Shown in pieces: positions 8,927 to 19,076 of a stretch of DNA of 64,000 bases. The notes beneath the pieces were generated by a model. The model did not search any database. It was not told where the DNA came from and was given only the letters and a program-made list of their open reading frames with translations. Position numbers and translations under genes: made by a program. Source of the DNA: a virus; the IMG/VR virus record IMGVR_UViG_3300034166_000560; one strand, 5' to 3'. Every line of letters begins with the position of its first letter. Within the stretch, counting starts at the first letter, position 1.

Positions 8927-10233
8927 TGGCACAGTTTCGTAAAGACACTCATCAATATTTACCAGACGGTAAGACTATATTTGAAGTTGTTATGCTCGCC
9001 GATCAGTTTGGTAATCAAGTTGGTCCAGCAAATCCAACAGGAACTGCTGTTGATGCTTTTGGAAGAGCGAGAGTTTCGAGCCCATTAACTCTTTTTGATT
9101 CCTCTCATCGTTACCGTGATAACAATTTATGGTCCACTTCAAACACTGCCGGTGGAACTTATGCCTTTTCTACCAACGAAGGTCTTGTTAATCTAAACGT
9201 ATCTACTGCAACAGATGCAGAAGTTGTTCGTGAAACAACTAAAGTATTTTCTTATCAGCCTGGTAAATCCCTTCAGATTATGAACACTTTTGCTTTCAAT
9301 ACTGCAAAAGCTAATTTAAGACAACGTGTTGGATACTACGGCGCCAAAAATGGTTTTTATTTAGAATTAGATGGCACAACTCTTTCTTTTGTTGAAAGAA
9401 CTTATGTATCTGGTGGTTTACAAGAAACGAGAGTTTCTCAGGCAAATTGGAATATTGACAAATTAGACGGCGTTGGCGCTTCTCTGTTAACATTAGATAT
9501 CACAAAAGCTCAAATTCTGTGGATGGATATTGAATGGCTTGGTGTTGGTTGCGTTAGACTTGGGTTTGTTATTGATGGTAAATTTATTCATTGTCATACA
9601 TTCTATCATTCAAATTTGGTAACAACAACTTATATTACAACAGCTTCATTACCATGCCGTTATGAAATTAAAAATACTGGAACTACTTCTGGTTCAAGCA
9701 CCTTAAAACAAATTTGCACCTCTGTTATTTCAGAAGGTGGTTACGAACTAAGAGGATTACAACAAGCCATTGGAACAGCTATTGGCGCTCCTAGAGATTT
9801 AACAACAGTTAATACATATTATCCAGTTGTCTCAATTAGATTGAAGGCTTCTCCTGATAGACTGGATGCTATTGTTATTCTTACTGCTTTATCGATACTA
9901 GGAATAACCAACAATGCTAATTATAATTGGAGAGTAGTAGCTTCTGGTACAACTACAGGCGGAACATGGACTACTGCAGGAGATGATTCTGCTGTTGAAT
10001 ATAATCTTACAGGAACAAGTTTTGCTGGTGGAAGAATTTTGGCGTCCGGATGGACCAGTGGTTCTAATCAGGGTTCAAGTCCTGTTGATATTCTAAAAGA
10101 AGCACTATTTAAGTTTCAGCTGGAAAGAAATGGACTTACTTCCTCTCCTTATGAGTTAACATTAGTTGCTGCATCCGATGCTGGTGCTGCTGATATATAC
10201 GCTTCTATGGACTGGGAAGAAGTATCAAGATAA
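8926..10233 (+). CDS. putative virion structural protein
   Basis: DAFGRARVSSPLTLFD, YQPGKS, WLGVGCVRLGF; beta-rich and Thr/Ser-rich. Confidence 0.6.
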   Translation: MAQFRKDTHQYLPDGKTIFEVVMLADQFGNQVGPANPTGTAVDAFGRARVSSPLTLFDSSHRYRDNNLWSTSNTAGGTYAFSTNEGLVNLNVSTATDAEVVRETTKVFSYQPGKSLQIMNTFAFNTAKANLRQRVGYYGAKNGFYLELDGTTLSFVERTYVSGGLQETRVSQANWNIDKLDGVGASLLTLDITKAQILWMDIEWLGVGCVRLGFVIDGKFIHCHTFYHSNLVTTTYITTASLPCRYEIKNTGTTSGSSTLKQICTSVISEGGYELRGLQQAIGTAIGAPRDLTTVNTYYPVVSIRLKASPDRLDAIVILTALSILGITNNANYNWRVVASGTTTGGTWTTAGDDSAVEYNLTGTSFAGGRILASGWTSGSNQGSSPVDILKEALFKFQLERNGLTSSPYELTLVAASDAGAADIYASMDWEEVSR

Positions 10234-10240
10234 TATCTTT

Positions 10241-10248
10241 TATAAATA
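10241..10248 (+). promoter_or_regulatory. T4-type late promoter
   Basis: TATAAATA in an intergenic gap. Confidence 0.7.
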
Positions 10249-10313
10249 GAACGTCAGTGCGATAAGGCTATGGGCAGACTCGCATATATTAGGAAAACCC
10301 AAGGGAAACTCCG

Positions 10314-11255
10314 ATGAAAAAATACTCTACTTTTGGAACTCAGCTAGGCGAGTCTGCTCTAGATCTCACTGACAGAGCCAAGCTATCTCTCTATAAAAAA
10401 TCCCAAAATTCAGGCATCTCGACCGATATTCTTGAAGAAGTATATCGTAGGGGTTATCGTTGCTGGACCGAAGCATTCGGTGGCACACCAGAACAATTCG
10501 CATTCGATCGAGTTAATTCGTTTATTGCTGATGGATTTGCTGCACAACTCGATGAAGATCTCAAAAAGGCATGTTGGAAGGGCTACGAAGCCATTGGAAT
10601 GAAGAAAAAGAACGGTAAGACCGTTCCTAATTGCGTTCCAGTCAAAGAACAGTTGAACGCTCCGCTCCCACCAATCGAAACTATTGCCAAGAAATTCGAA
10701 AAGCCAGTTGAAACTATCAAGAGAGCTATCAAATCTGGTTCTAAGGTCGAAAAAGAACACACCAAAGATCAAACAACAGCCGAAAAAATCGCCAAAGCTC
10801 ATGTCAATGAGCGTCCAGATTATTACAAGAAACTCGATAAGGCTGGATTGGAAGAACAAGAAGAAGCAAGATCAAAAGATCCAAATAAGCCATGTTCAAG
10901 ATTTATTGGTTCTGACGAGCTAGTAACAATCTATAAGTCGCAGACTCCAGGTCAGATTGTTAAGAAAGTTGTTCGTGAAAATCTCGATGAAGCAACATAC
11001 AAGGGCAAAACTGTTCCCCTTAACAAGCCAATGAAGGGCGACGTTAAGAAATCAAAAGTTTTCGTTGACCCTGATGGCGACGGCAAAGCCAAGAAGGTAA
11101 ACTTCGGAGATAAGAAACTATCCATCAAGAAACATATTCCAGATCGTAAAAAGTCATATTGCGCTCGTTCATCAGGACAGGGTAATTTAACTGATAAGTC
11201 ATCAGCAAATTACTGGTCGAGACGTGCATGGAACTGCGAAGAGACCGAGGAATAA
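10314..11255 (+). CDS. modular putative internal head protein
   Basis: short modules (GISTDILEEVYRRG; CWKGY..VPNCVP; EKEHT..PDYYKKL; KKVNFGD..SANYWS) separated by L-x-E sites. Confidence 0.6.
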   Translation: MKKYSTFGTQLGESALDLTDRAKLSLYKKSQNSGISTDILEEVYRRGYRCWTEAFGGTPEQFAFDRVNSFIADGFAAQLDEDLKKACWKGYEAIGMKKKNGKTVPNCVPVKEQLNAPLPPIETIAKKFEKPVETIKRAIKSGSKVEKEHTKDQTTAEKIAKAHVNERPDYYKKLDKAGLEEQEEARSKDPNKPCSRFIGSDELVTIYKSQTPGQIVKKVVRENLDEATYKGKTVPLNKPMKGDVKKSKVFVDPDGDGKAKKVNFGDKKLSIKKHIPDRKKSYCARSSGQGNLTDKSSANYWSRRAWNCEETEE

Positions 11256-11257
11256 TC

Positions 11258-11704
11258 ATGATTGGTAAAATAGAACCATACGACGCAATTAAAGTTGCAT
11301 TAGCAGACACTTACGTTTTCAGCGTCAAGGTTCAAGGCTATCATTGGAATGTAACTGGTCCTCATTTCTCAGAATATCATAAGTTTTTTGGTGAATTGTA
11401 TGAAGAATTGTCTGGCGCTATTGATGTAATAGCAGAAGGTATTAGAACCTTAGATGCATTTGCTCCAGGTTCTATGAAAAGATATCTCGAGTTAACAACT
11501 ATCGATGAAGCAACTAATATTCCTGATGGTCTAGTTATGATGAGCAAACTATCTTCTGATAATGAAAGAGTTATTGCTTCTCTTACCTCTGCTTACGAAC
11601 TTTGCGAAAAGCATAAGCATTATGGTGTATCAAACATGTTACAAGACCGCATCCAGGCTCACCAGAAGCATGGTTGGATGCTACGTTCTTTCATAAAGGC
11701 ATAA
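11258..11704 (+). CDS. dps: Dps family ferritin-like DNA protection protein
   Basis: YHWNVTGPHFSEYHKFFGELYEE, DVIAE, HQKHGWMLRS. Confidence 0.92.
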   Translation: MIGKIEPYDAIKVALADTYVFSVKVQGYHWNVTGPHFSEYHKFFGELYEELSGAIDVIAEGIRTLDAFAPGSMKRYLELTTIDEATNIPDGLVMMSKLSSDNERVIASLTSAYELCEKHKHYGVSNMLQDRIQAHQKHGWMLRSFIKA

Positions 11705-11707
11705 CAA

Positions 11708-13093
11708 ATGAAAAGTTTAGAACATCTTATCAGAGAGATTCAAGAAGGTAAGGCTGAAAAGTCTGAAAAGAAAACTCTCGAAGGTTCAATCAGAAACGTC
11801 ATGAGCAAAGAGTCTTCATACGCTGCTAAGGATAGCAAGCCAGTTGATGAACATTGCGGTTGCGAAGACGAGAAGAAAAAGAAAATAAGCAAGGAAGATG
11901 GAGATAAACTTCCTGGCTCTGAAGATAAGATGGACGAAGCTATCGGAACTCTTGGTACTGACAAGTATCAGGGAACAGAATTTAAATCAATCAGAACAGC
12001 AACTCCACATATTCAGCCTCCAAAGGGCGATGAAACTCATTCACAGGCTCCAGAGAATGCTTCACGCCTAAGAAATATTGCTAAAGAAAAAGGCGGTATC
12101 AATAGAGTTAGTGAAGAATCAGGATTACAAGAATTAGTAAAAACCAAAGGGTTTGGTATTGATACTCTTTTGAATTTAGTTCCTGCAGGAAGAGCTTTAA
12201 CTGTTGCTAAGAGAGTGTTAGAACCAACAACTCTTGGTGCAGAAAATGAATTTGCCAGACAAGCTGCTCAAGGCTTAAAGGCTCCTCCAAAAACTCCAGA
12301 ATTACCTGCACCTACACCAACAAAGGTTGCGCCAGAAGCAAAACCACCAGCAGTTGTTCCTGCTAAACCATCTACTGTGCCTGCAAAGGTTCCAGAGACC
12401 ACGCCAGCTAAAGTTCCAGAACTACCAACACAAGTTCCAGCTAAAGCTCCAGTGAAAACTCCAGAACTTCCAGCAGAAATTCCAGCCAAAGCACCAGTAA
12501 AGGCTCCTGAAGCTCCTAAAGTTGATACTGCAACTTTAACTAAAACAGCAACTGCAACTAAGCCAGCCGAAGAAGTTAAAACAAAATCAAAAGAGCAGCC
12601 AGCAAAAGCTCCATCTGCTCCACCTCCTCCACCACCACAAGACAAAAAAGGTGAGAAGCCTTCAAGAAAAAGAGATATTTCTCTTGGACTTGGTGGTATG
12701 GCTGATGCAACTCAATATGTTGGTAAACCGCACATTCAAGCTCCATGGAAAATTCATGGAACAAAACCACATAGAGTGCACGAAAGTTCTGGTACTGATG
12801 TAAGAAAGAAAATTTACGATATGCCAATCGGTGGTGAACGTAAAGAAACTTCTTATGTTGGTAGACCAAACGATGATGTAAAGGGAACATCAGAAAAACT
12901 TTCAAGACAGGCACAATATAAAATTAAGATTATTGACGAAAGCAAGAAACTTGCTGGAATTGTTAAAGAAGCCATCAAAGAGAAAAAAGAGATTTTGGAT
13001 AAGCCTACAAAAGTTTTCGACTACGGTAAGGGCGATCTTGTTGTTATCAATCCAGATCCTAAGAAAAATACTCTAGATGTCAAAGATCAATAA
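11708..13093 (+). CDS. Pro/Ala/Lys-rich hypothetical protein (putative internal virion protein)
   Basis: 461 aa with PAK(V/A)P repeats in the centre. Confidence 0.65.
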   Translation: MKSLEHLIREIQEGKAEKSEKKTLEGSIRNVMSKESSYAAKDSKPVDEHCGCEDEKKKKISKEDGDKLPGSEDKMDEAIGTLGTDKYQGTEFKSIRTATPHIQPPKGDETHSQAPENASRLRNIAKEKGGINRVSEESGLQELVKTKGFGIDTLLNLVPAGRALTVAKRVLEPTTLGAENEFARQAAQGLKAPPKTPELPAPTPTKVAPEAKPPAVVPAKPSTVPAKVPETTPAKVPELPTQVPAKAPVKTPELPAEIPAKAPVKAPEAPKVDTATLTKTATATKPAEEVKTKSKEQPAKAPSAPPPPPPQDKKGEKPSRKRDISLGLGGMADATQYVGKPHIQAPWKIHGTKPHRVHESSGTDVRKKIYDMPIGGERKETSYVGRPNDDVKGTSEKLSRQAQYKIKIIDESKKLAGIVKEAIKEKKEILDKPTKVFDYGKGDLVVINPDPKKNTLDVKDQ

Positions 13094-13125
13094 ATATATT
13101 AAAACTTTTTTAAAGGAACCAAAAG

Positions 13126-15483
13126 ATGTCTGAAGATAAGAAAACAATCCAGGAAGCTCTTGCTGAAGTTCAGAAAAACGCAGAGTTAAAAAGAGTAGAA
13201 GAAGCCAAAAAGGTTTGGGGCGAAGCATTGCAAATTGATGAAGCCATGGCTGCTGCACCACCACCATCTTTTGATCCACCAGCAATCAGTGGTCAAAGAA
13301 TGGCTGGAACTGTAAAACGTAGTGGAACTGCTACTGGTAGATTTGTTCAGCCACAGAGAGTTACCGCTAGTGCACCTGGAAAGACTCCAAGTAGAGCATT
13401 AGTTCCAACAGGCGGTAGAACTCCTGTTGCTAGTTCTTCATCAACTCCAAGCGCTCCAAGTGGATCAAAAGGATTAACTACAACTGGCAGCACTTCTGTC
13501 GCTCCTTCAGCAGCTAGTGCTCCAAAAACAGGTTTTGCAGGTAAGCTACCAACTGAACATGGATTCCGTGCTCATAGCATTCCAGGTTCTGGTGGTGCTG
13601 CTAGTGCTGGCGATAAAGTAAGAAATGTTACAAAATATCTTGGACCTATCGGCGCTGCAGCTATTGGTGGCGCTCAGGCAAGTAATATTCTTGGTGGTCT
13701 TGCTACTGGTACAGAAACTGGACGTAATATTGGTAAAGCTATTGGCGAATTACCAGGCGCACAGACAGCTGCTAATCTTATGAGAAAAGCTGGCGAAGCA
13801 ATTGGCGTAAGACCAAAAGCAGAACCAGAAACACCAACTCCTGCACCTTCAGCAGCACCAAAGGCAGAAACAACTCCAAAGGTTGCTGCCCCAACTCCTG
13901 CACCATCAGCTGCTCCAAAGGTAGCAACTTCTACATCTACTGCTACTGCTGCCCCAAAGGCAGCGCCATCAACTGCAAAAGAAGTTCCAACTATTAAGGC
14001 TCCTTCTGAGCCAGCTAAAGTTGCTCCTTCTGCTGCACCAAAAACAGCTGATACTTCTGCTACAACAACTAAGGGTGGTTATTTTACTAAGTCACCAAAT
14101 GTATCAAAGGGCGACTATACTATTAAATCAGGTGATACGCTTTCCGATATCGCAAAGACTCATGGCACATCAGTTGGCGCTATCCAGTCAATGAACAAAG
14201 GTTTGACTGACGTTAATAAGATTGCTGCTGGCGGTTCACTAAATCTGCCAACTACTACAAAATCACCAGAAACAGAATCAGGAAAGAAAAAGAAAATGTC
14301 AGAAGATACAAACCCACTAATTGCAGCATTCTTAGACCTACAGGCTAAGAATCCAGAAAACATGTTCGTTGAAGCTAAAAAGCTATCAAAGAAGCAGGAT
14401 GAAAAGCTAGACGTTGTTGATGACGACAAGATTGATGCTAAGGATCTTGCTGCTCTACGTGCTGGTAAGAAGAAGGTTGATGAAGCTAATATTGATCCAG
14501 TTGTAACTGGTTCTTCTTCAGTCACAAAAGATAAAAAAGGCTACGTTGATCCATCAACACCAAAGGTTCCTTATTCAGAACTACCAAAGCCAGGTAACGC
14601 TGCTGGTGATGTTCTTTCAAAGGCAAAGAACGCTCTTGATAAAACAGGCGTTAAGGAAGAAGTCGAGATTGACGAAATGCGTGACCGTCCAAAGAAGGAC
14701 GATGTAAATCGTCGTAAACGTGATGCTGTTGCTATGAAATTGGGGCATGATAATCCAGAAGGTCGTAATAATAATTACAACGCTCCTGTCAGCATGCTTA
14801 AACACGGTCGCAAACTTATGAAGCAAGGTGTTACTAAAGAAGAAACTGAAGTAACTTTCTCTCAGGCAGAAATCGACCATATTAACTCTTTTTTTCTTGA
14901 AGCCTCTGTAGCACCAGTAGATCCAGAAACTACAGAGGCCAAACCTACTTCTGAAAAACTTTCACAGAATGATCTTACTGCGACAGCTGAAAGTGGAAAA
15001 AGAAAACTAAAAGAAGGAACTTGGAGCAGTTCAAGAATGTCTCATCCAAGACCAATGAGCTTATCATCCGGTGGTGGATTAGATTCAGAAAAAAGAAAAG
15101 CTCTTGCGGCTAGTATGGCCAAATATAAGCCTAATATGAAAGCTGGTGAATCGGACGAAGAATATAAAGCCAGAACTACAAAAAACGCTGCAAGTCAAAG
15201 AGCAGCAGTTGGAATGAAAGAGGAAACTCTTGAAGAAGGTCGTCCAAAGAAGAACCCAGAACCTGAAACAACTGAACGTGATCCACGTAAGCATATTCAG
15301 GTAGAGGCAGGACGTGCTGCTGCTGGTAATGTTGTTGACTTCCATCACAATGATGGTACAACTTCAAAGATTACACCAGGTATGGGTAGAAGAATTACTT
15401 CTCACCTTAATGGTCTAAAGCCAGCTGATCGTCAAGCTGCTGTTAATAAAATGCATGACAGTGCAGAAGGACTAAAGGTTTAA
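13126..15483 (+). CDS. large low-complexity protein with a LysM domain
   Basis: YTIKSGDTLSDIAKTHGTSVGAIQSMNKGLTDVNKIAAGGSLNLP is a LysM; PTPAPSAAPK repeats; many x-x-E segment boundaries. Confidence 0.75.
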   Translation: MSEDKKTIQEALAEVQKNAELKRVEEAKKVWGEALQIDEAMAAAPPPSFDPPAISGQRMAGTVKRSGTATGRFVQPQRVTASAPGKTPSRALVPTGGRTPVASSSSTPSAPSGSKGLTTTGSTSVAPSAASAPKTGFAGKLPTEHGFRAHSIPGSGGAASAGDKVRNVTKYLGPIGAAAIGGAQASNILGGLATGTETGRNIGKAIGELPGAQTAANLMRKAGEAIGVRPKAEPETPTPAPSAAPKAETTPKVAAPTPAPSAAPKVATSTSTATAAPKAAPSTAKEVPTIKAPSEPAKVAPSAAPKTADTSATTTKGGYFTKSPNVSKGDYTIKSGDTLSDIAKTHGTSVGAIQSMNKGLTDVNKIAAGGSLNLPTTTKSPETESGKKKKMSEDTNPLIAAFLDLQAKNPENMFVEAKKLSKKQDEKLDVVDDDKIDAKDLAALRAGKKKVDEANIDPVVTGSSSVTKDKKGYVDPSTPKVPYSELPKPGNAAGDVLSKAKNALDKTGVKEEVEIDEMRDRPKKDDVNRRKRDAVAMKLGHDNPEGRNNNYNAPVSMLKHGRKLMKQGVTKEETEVTFSQAEIDHINSFFLEASVAPVDPETTEAKPTSEKLSQNDLTATAESGKRKLKEGTWSSSRMSHPRPMSLSSGGGLDSEKRKALAASMAKYKPNMKAGESDEEYKARTTKNAASQRAAVGMKEETLEEGRPKKNPEPETTERDPRKHIQVEAGRAAAGNVVDFHHNDGTTSKITPGMGRRITSHLNGLKPADRQAAVNKMHDSAEGLKV

Positions 15484-15731
15484 TGGCCGTTATTGCTAAG
15501 AATATCGTTCTAGGAGAGGTTGCTAAACCAGCAGCCCCTCCGGAACCACCAAAACATGTTAGTATTTTTGAAAAACTTAGACAACATTCAGTTGTAGAAG
15601 AAAAACCAAAACCTGTTATTGAAGAAGCCCCAGAAAAGTATCATCATATTAAAGACGGAGAGCTTCATAAAATGATTAATAAAAAGTCAGAATATCTTAA
15701 TGATATGTTGGCTCTCGAAAAAAATAAATAG
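15483..15731 (+). CDS. hypothetical protein
   Basis: 82-aa ORF coupled to the previous stop. Confidence 0.6.
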   Translation: MAVIAKNIVLGEVAKPAAPPEPPKHVSIFEKLRQHSVVEEKPKPVIEEAPEKYHHIKDGELHKMINKKSEYLNDMLALEKNK

Positions 15732-15762
15732 AGAAATAGAATTCTTTTAGGAGGAATATCAA

Positions 15763-16392
15763 ATGCCATTATGGGGTAAAAACGACGCTGCTTCTAATTC
15801 AACTATCTACGCACCAGCGCAGATGAAGCAGGCACCAAACACAGCCAATAGAGATCTTCTATTCGGTAATACAACAGCTAATGCTTATTTCGACGGCGTA
15901 ACTGTCGGACAGTATGCAGTTGACTCAAACGAAATCGCAGCTGGTGGTGGCAAGGTTGCTCACACTGGCTGGGTTCTAAGAACTGTTGGTCAGGGAGGAC
16001 GTGCTGGCCGTGTAATGACAGAAGTTCTAGTTGCTGGTGGTATCACTGGTGATGCTTCTGATGATACGCCATTCCCAGATTATACTTTAACAATTACAAC
16101 CAATCCATTAGCCAATAGTGGCAGTATTTCTGGTAATATAACAAGAACATTTACTGTTGCTGCTGCTTCAACACCATCAGGAGCCTCATTAAGCTACCTT
16201 TGGTACTATTCAACAGACAACGTAACATTCAACACTACAGCCGCTGTATCTGGCTTCTCAAACCAGACAACTGCAACTCTAAGCGCAAACGTAGCAACTC
16301 TTGGTGCCAACGTTTGGGTCAAGGCTGTCGTTTCTGCTACAGGCGCTGCAAGCGTCAATTCTACAGCAGCCAAGTTTACTGCTACAGCTTAA
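15763..16392 (+). CDS. putative virion protein with a C-terminal Ig-like domain
   Basis: MPLWGKND, HTGWV, GRAGRVMTEVLVA, LSYLWYYS..TATLS; AGGAGG SD after an AATAAATA element. Confidence 0.65.
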   Translation: MPLWGKNDAASNSTIYAPAQMKQAPNTANRDLLFGNTTANAYFDGVTVGQYAVDSNEIAAGGGKVAHTGWVLRTVGQGGRAGRVMTEVLVAGGITGDASDDTPFPDYTLTITTNPLANSGSISGNITRTFTVAAASTPSGASLSYLWYYSTDNVTFNTTAAVSGFSNQTTATLSANVATLGANVWVKAVVSATGAASVNSTAAKFTATA

Positions 16393-16402
16393 TAGGTGAT
16401 AG

Positions 16403-16678
16403 ATGACAGATAACAGCAAAAAAGTTTCTGAATTACCAACAGCTGCTAATGTGACGTCAACTGATAGGGTCTTAGTCCTCCGAGACCCTTCAGGGACTCC
16501 ATCAGTAAGAACTGTTAATGTGAGCATTTTTGCTGCTAATCTAATCATATCAAATACTGTTCCAGGCACTGCAGACGCTTCTGGTTTGCCTGGAACGATT
16601 CGTTACGATTCTTCTTACATCTATGTCTGTGTGGCCAATAACACATGGAAACGAGCACAACTTAGCACTTGGTCGTAA
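16403..16678 (+). CDS. small virion/fibre-associated protein
   Basis: KKVSELPTA; GTIRYDSSYIYVCVANNTWKR. Confidence 0.6.
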   Translation: MTDNSKKVSELPTAANVTSTDRVLVLRDPSGTPSVRTVNVSIFAANLIISNTVPGTADASGLPGTIRYDSSYIYVCVANNTWKRAQLSTWS

Positions 16679-17067
16679 TGAATGATATTTTGAATGATAA
16701 AAACTTTTTGTTATTTTGCGCTCATCATTATGATAATGCAAAGTATGTATCGACTGAAGATTTTTTAGAAGATCTTAACAGAATTAAATATATTAAAAAA
16801 CTTATTACTAGATATGTTGAGTATGGGGAACTGAAAGAGCGACTTATACTCAACCATATTATTGTTCTGAATAATTGTTTTGGAGCTGATGCTTGTTGTA
16901 AAATACTTTATTTCAAGTTAAAGCCTCAAATGAAATACATAAAACCATTTCTTATATTATTGAATATATTGCCTGATAGAATTTTTAATGTTGGTGGTGA
17001 AACCGTTGTTGACACAGACTTGATAGAAATGGACGAAGAAATCGTAGCAAGGTTAAGGAAAGTTTAA
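16678..17067 (+). CDS. conserved T4-like hypothetical protein
   Basis: FLEDLNRIKYIKKL..GELKERLILNHII. Confidence 0.7.
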   Translation: MNDILNDKNFLLFCAHHYDNAKYVSTEDFLEDLNRIKYIKKLITRYVEYGELKERLILNHIIVLNNCFGADACCKILYFKLKPQMKYIKPFLILLNILPDRIFNVGGETVVDTDLIEMDEEIVARLRKV

Positions 17068-17618
17068 TGGAAAACATTAACAAATTTATTAAATTTGCTG
17101 CGAAAGAGTTACAGTTACCTTCGTTACCAAAAATACATTTGGTTGGTAAAGAAGAGGACAAATATTCAGCCTTTGGTCATTCTAAAGGCGATGCAATCTG
17201 GGTGAGAGTTACTGGTAGACATCCAGGGGATATTATGAGAACTATTGCACACGAATTAACACATTATAGTCAGAATCACAGAGGAGCAAAGGGCGAGAAA
17301 ATGAGAGAAGATCAAGCTAATGCTCTTGCTGGCAGACTAATGAGAAAATTCAATACAGAAAATCCAGAAGTTTTTAAAGATTCTCCTATTCCAGAAGAAG
17401 TCGCATCAAACGTTCCAAACAATTTGATGGGCGCTTCTAGTTCCGCCTCTGACAGTAAAGGCGGCATTGCAACTTTTGAACCTTTATTGGGAAAAAAGAA
17501 AAACACTCAGAACACATTCCTTACTCAACGTGTTCATGATATGAAAAAACTATCCGACATTATTGGTAGTAATTCTACTCTGAAAAAGTTAAACACTAAA
17601 TTCAAGAGAACTCAATAA
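17067..17618 (+). CDS. HExxH zinc-metallopeptidase-like protein
   Basis: DIMRTIAHELTHYSQ...EDQANALAG. Confidence 0.6.
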   Translation: MENINKFIKFAAKELQLPSLPKIHLVGKEEDKYSAFGHSKGDAIWVRVTGRHPGDIMRTIAHELTHYSQNHRGAKGEKMREDQANALAGRLMRKFNTENPEVFKDSPIPEEVASNVPNNLMGASSSASDSKGGIATFEPLLGKKKNTQNTFLTQRVHDMKKLSDIIGSNSTLKKLNTKFKRTQ

Positions 17619-17992
17619 TGGCAGACCTAGAATTCAGACAAGCTAAAATCGAAGATGCTATAACTAAACTTACTGAGATCTCTGCAGACCTCAACAAGAT
17701 GGTTGCAGTGCACGAACTACGTATAACTCAACAAGAGAAAATGACCGATAGCATCGAGATCATTCTTGAAAAAAGAAGAGATGAAGTAGAAGCTAAAGAA
17801 GAAGCTATTTACGAAACTATTGAAAAAGAAAAAAATGAATTCACTAGAAAAATGGATGAATCTTTTGAAAGCGTTTCGAAAAAGATAGATGCTCTTGAGA
17901 AGATGATGTGGGTGTATGGTGGTGGATTTGCTCTTGCTGCATTCATTATCGCAAACTGGGGCGATGTAGCCAAACTTCTCCTAAAAAATTAA
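17618..17992 (+). CDS. coiled-coil protein with a C-terminal membrane segment (possible holin-like)
   Basis: MVAVHELRI coiled coil; WVYGGGFALAAFII hydrophobic tail; lies before the primase. Confidence 0.5.
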   Translation: MADLEFRQAKIEDAITKLTEISADLNKMVAVHELRITQQEKMTDSIEIILEKRRDEVEAKEEAIYETIEKEKNEFTRKMDESFESVSKKIDALEKMMWVYGGGFALAAFIIANWGDVAKLLLKN

Positions 17993-18050
17993 TTTGTCTT
18001 TTTTGAAAAACCCAGTATAATCATATTTGAGGTTATATTATGGAGTTGTT

Positions 18051-19076
18051 ATGGATTGGCTTGTTCACAAGTATATTGGTATTGTTTCTACACGTCTAGA
18101 GAAATTCAAACGTAAAAGTTCGAACCTTTACAATTTCCGTTGCCCTATCTGCGGAGATTCAGAATCACATCAAAATAAAGCACGAGGATACATCTACCAG
18201 AAAGACGGTAAGATGATGTTCCATTGTCATAATTGTAATGCGACGATGGGTATTCCAAACTTCATTAAGATGCTAGACGTCAACCTATATAATGAATATC
18301 AGCTGGAGAGGCTGCAGGATAAAAAGCCTCCAGAACAAGATGAATACGAAAAGTTCGTTGAGAAGATGCGTAAGCCAGTGTTTATGACATCTGGTCCATT
18401 GAAAGGTCTTAAGAAGGTTAGCCAACTTTCTCCTGATCATCCTATTAAGAAATTCGTAGTTGAGAGAAAGATCCCTAATGTTTACCATGCCAAGTTATTC
18501 GCATGTCCTAATTTTAAGCATTATGTTAATAATTTGGTTCCCAACAAGTTTCCAGTTGAGTCTTTGGCTCGGGATGAGACAAGGTTGCTTATCCCTTTTC
18601 TGGATTCTGATAAGAGCGTGCATGCCTTCCAAGGTAGATCCCTCAAATCGTCTAATGGAATTAAATATATTACAATTATACTTAATGAGTCAGTACCTAA
18701 ACTTTATGGCTTGGACACTGTGGATCGTAACCGTATTATACCAGTCCTTGAAGGTCCGATTGATAGTATGTTCGTTCCTAATAGTATTGCTACTGCTGGA
18801 GGTGATCTGGTTAGCGCAATTAGAGATTTTGACAAATCAGGACTTACGATCGTATATGACAACGAGCCTCGGTCTGTAGAGACTAAAAAGAAACTTGACA
18901 AAGCTATCATGAATGGTTATAATGTCTGTATTTGGCCGGAAACAATGGAACACAAAGACGTTAATGATATGGTCCTAGCAGGATTATCTCCGGAGTTTAT
19001 CGAACATATTATTAAAACGAATACATATAGAGATTTGTCAGCGAAACTGGCATTACAGAAATGGAGTAAGGTATGA
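18051..19076 (+). CDS. 61: DNA primase (T4 gp61-like)
   Basis: NFRCPICGDS..FHCHNC zinc finger, EGPIDSMF and YDNEPR TOPRIM motifs, KDVNDM. Confidence 0.95.
   Translation: MDWLVHKYIGIVSTRLEKFKRKSSNLYNFRCPICGDSESHQNKARGYIYQKDGKMMFHCHNCNATMGIPNFIKMLDVNLYNEYQLERLQDKKPPEQDEYEKFVEKMRKPVFMTSGPLKGLKKVSQLSPDHPIKKFVVERKIPNVYHAKLFACPNFKHYVNNLVPNKFPVESLARDETRLLIPFLDSDKSVHAFQGRSLKSSNGIKYITIILNESVPKLYGLDTVDRNRIIPVLEGPIDSMFVPNSIATAGGDLVSAIRDFDKSGLTIVYDNEPRSVETKKKLDKAIMNGYNVCIWPETMEHKDVNDMVLAGLSPEFIEHIIKTNTYRDLSAKLALQKWSKV

Noticed and set aside
10250-10313. Possible riboswitch in the leader of the 10314 gene
   Set aside because: Only a short TGCGA/TCGCA stem is visible and it does not match any riboswitch consensus I can support.
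12268-14050. DNA tandem repeats in ORFs 11708 and 13126
   Set aside because: They are degenerate at the nucleotide level and are explained by Pro/Ala/Lys-rich protein linkers.
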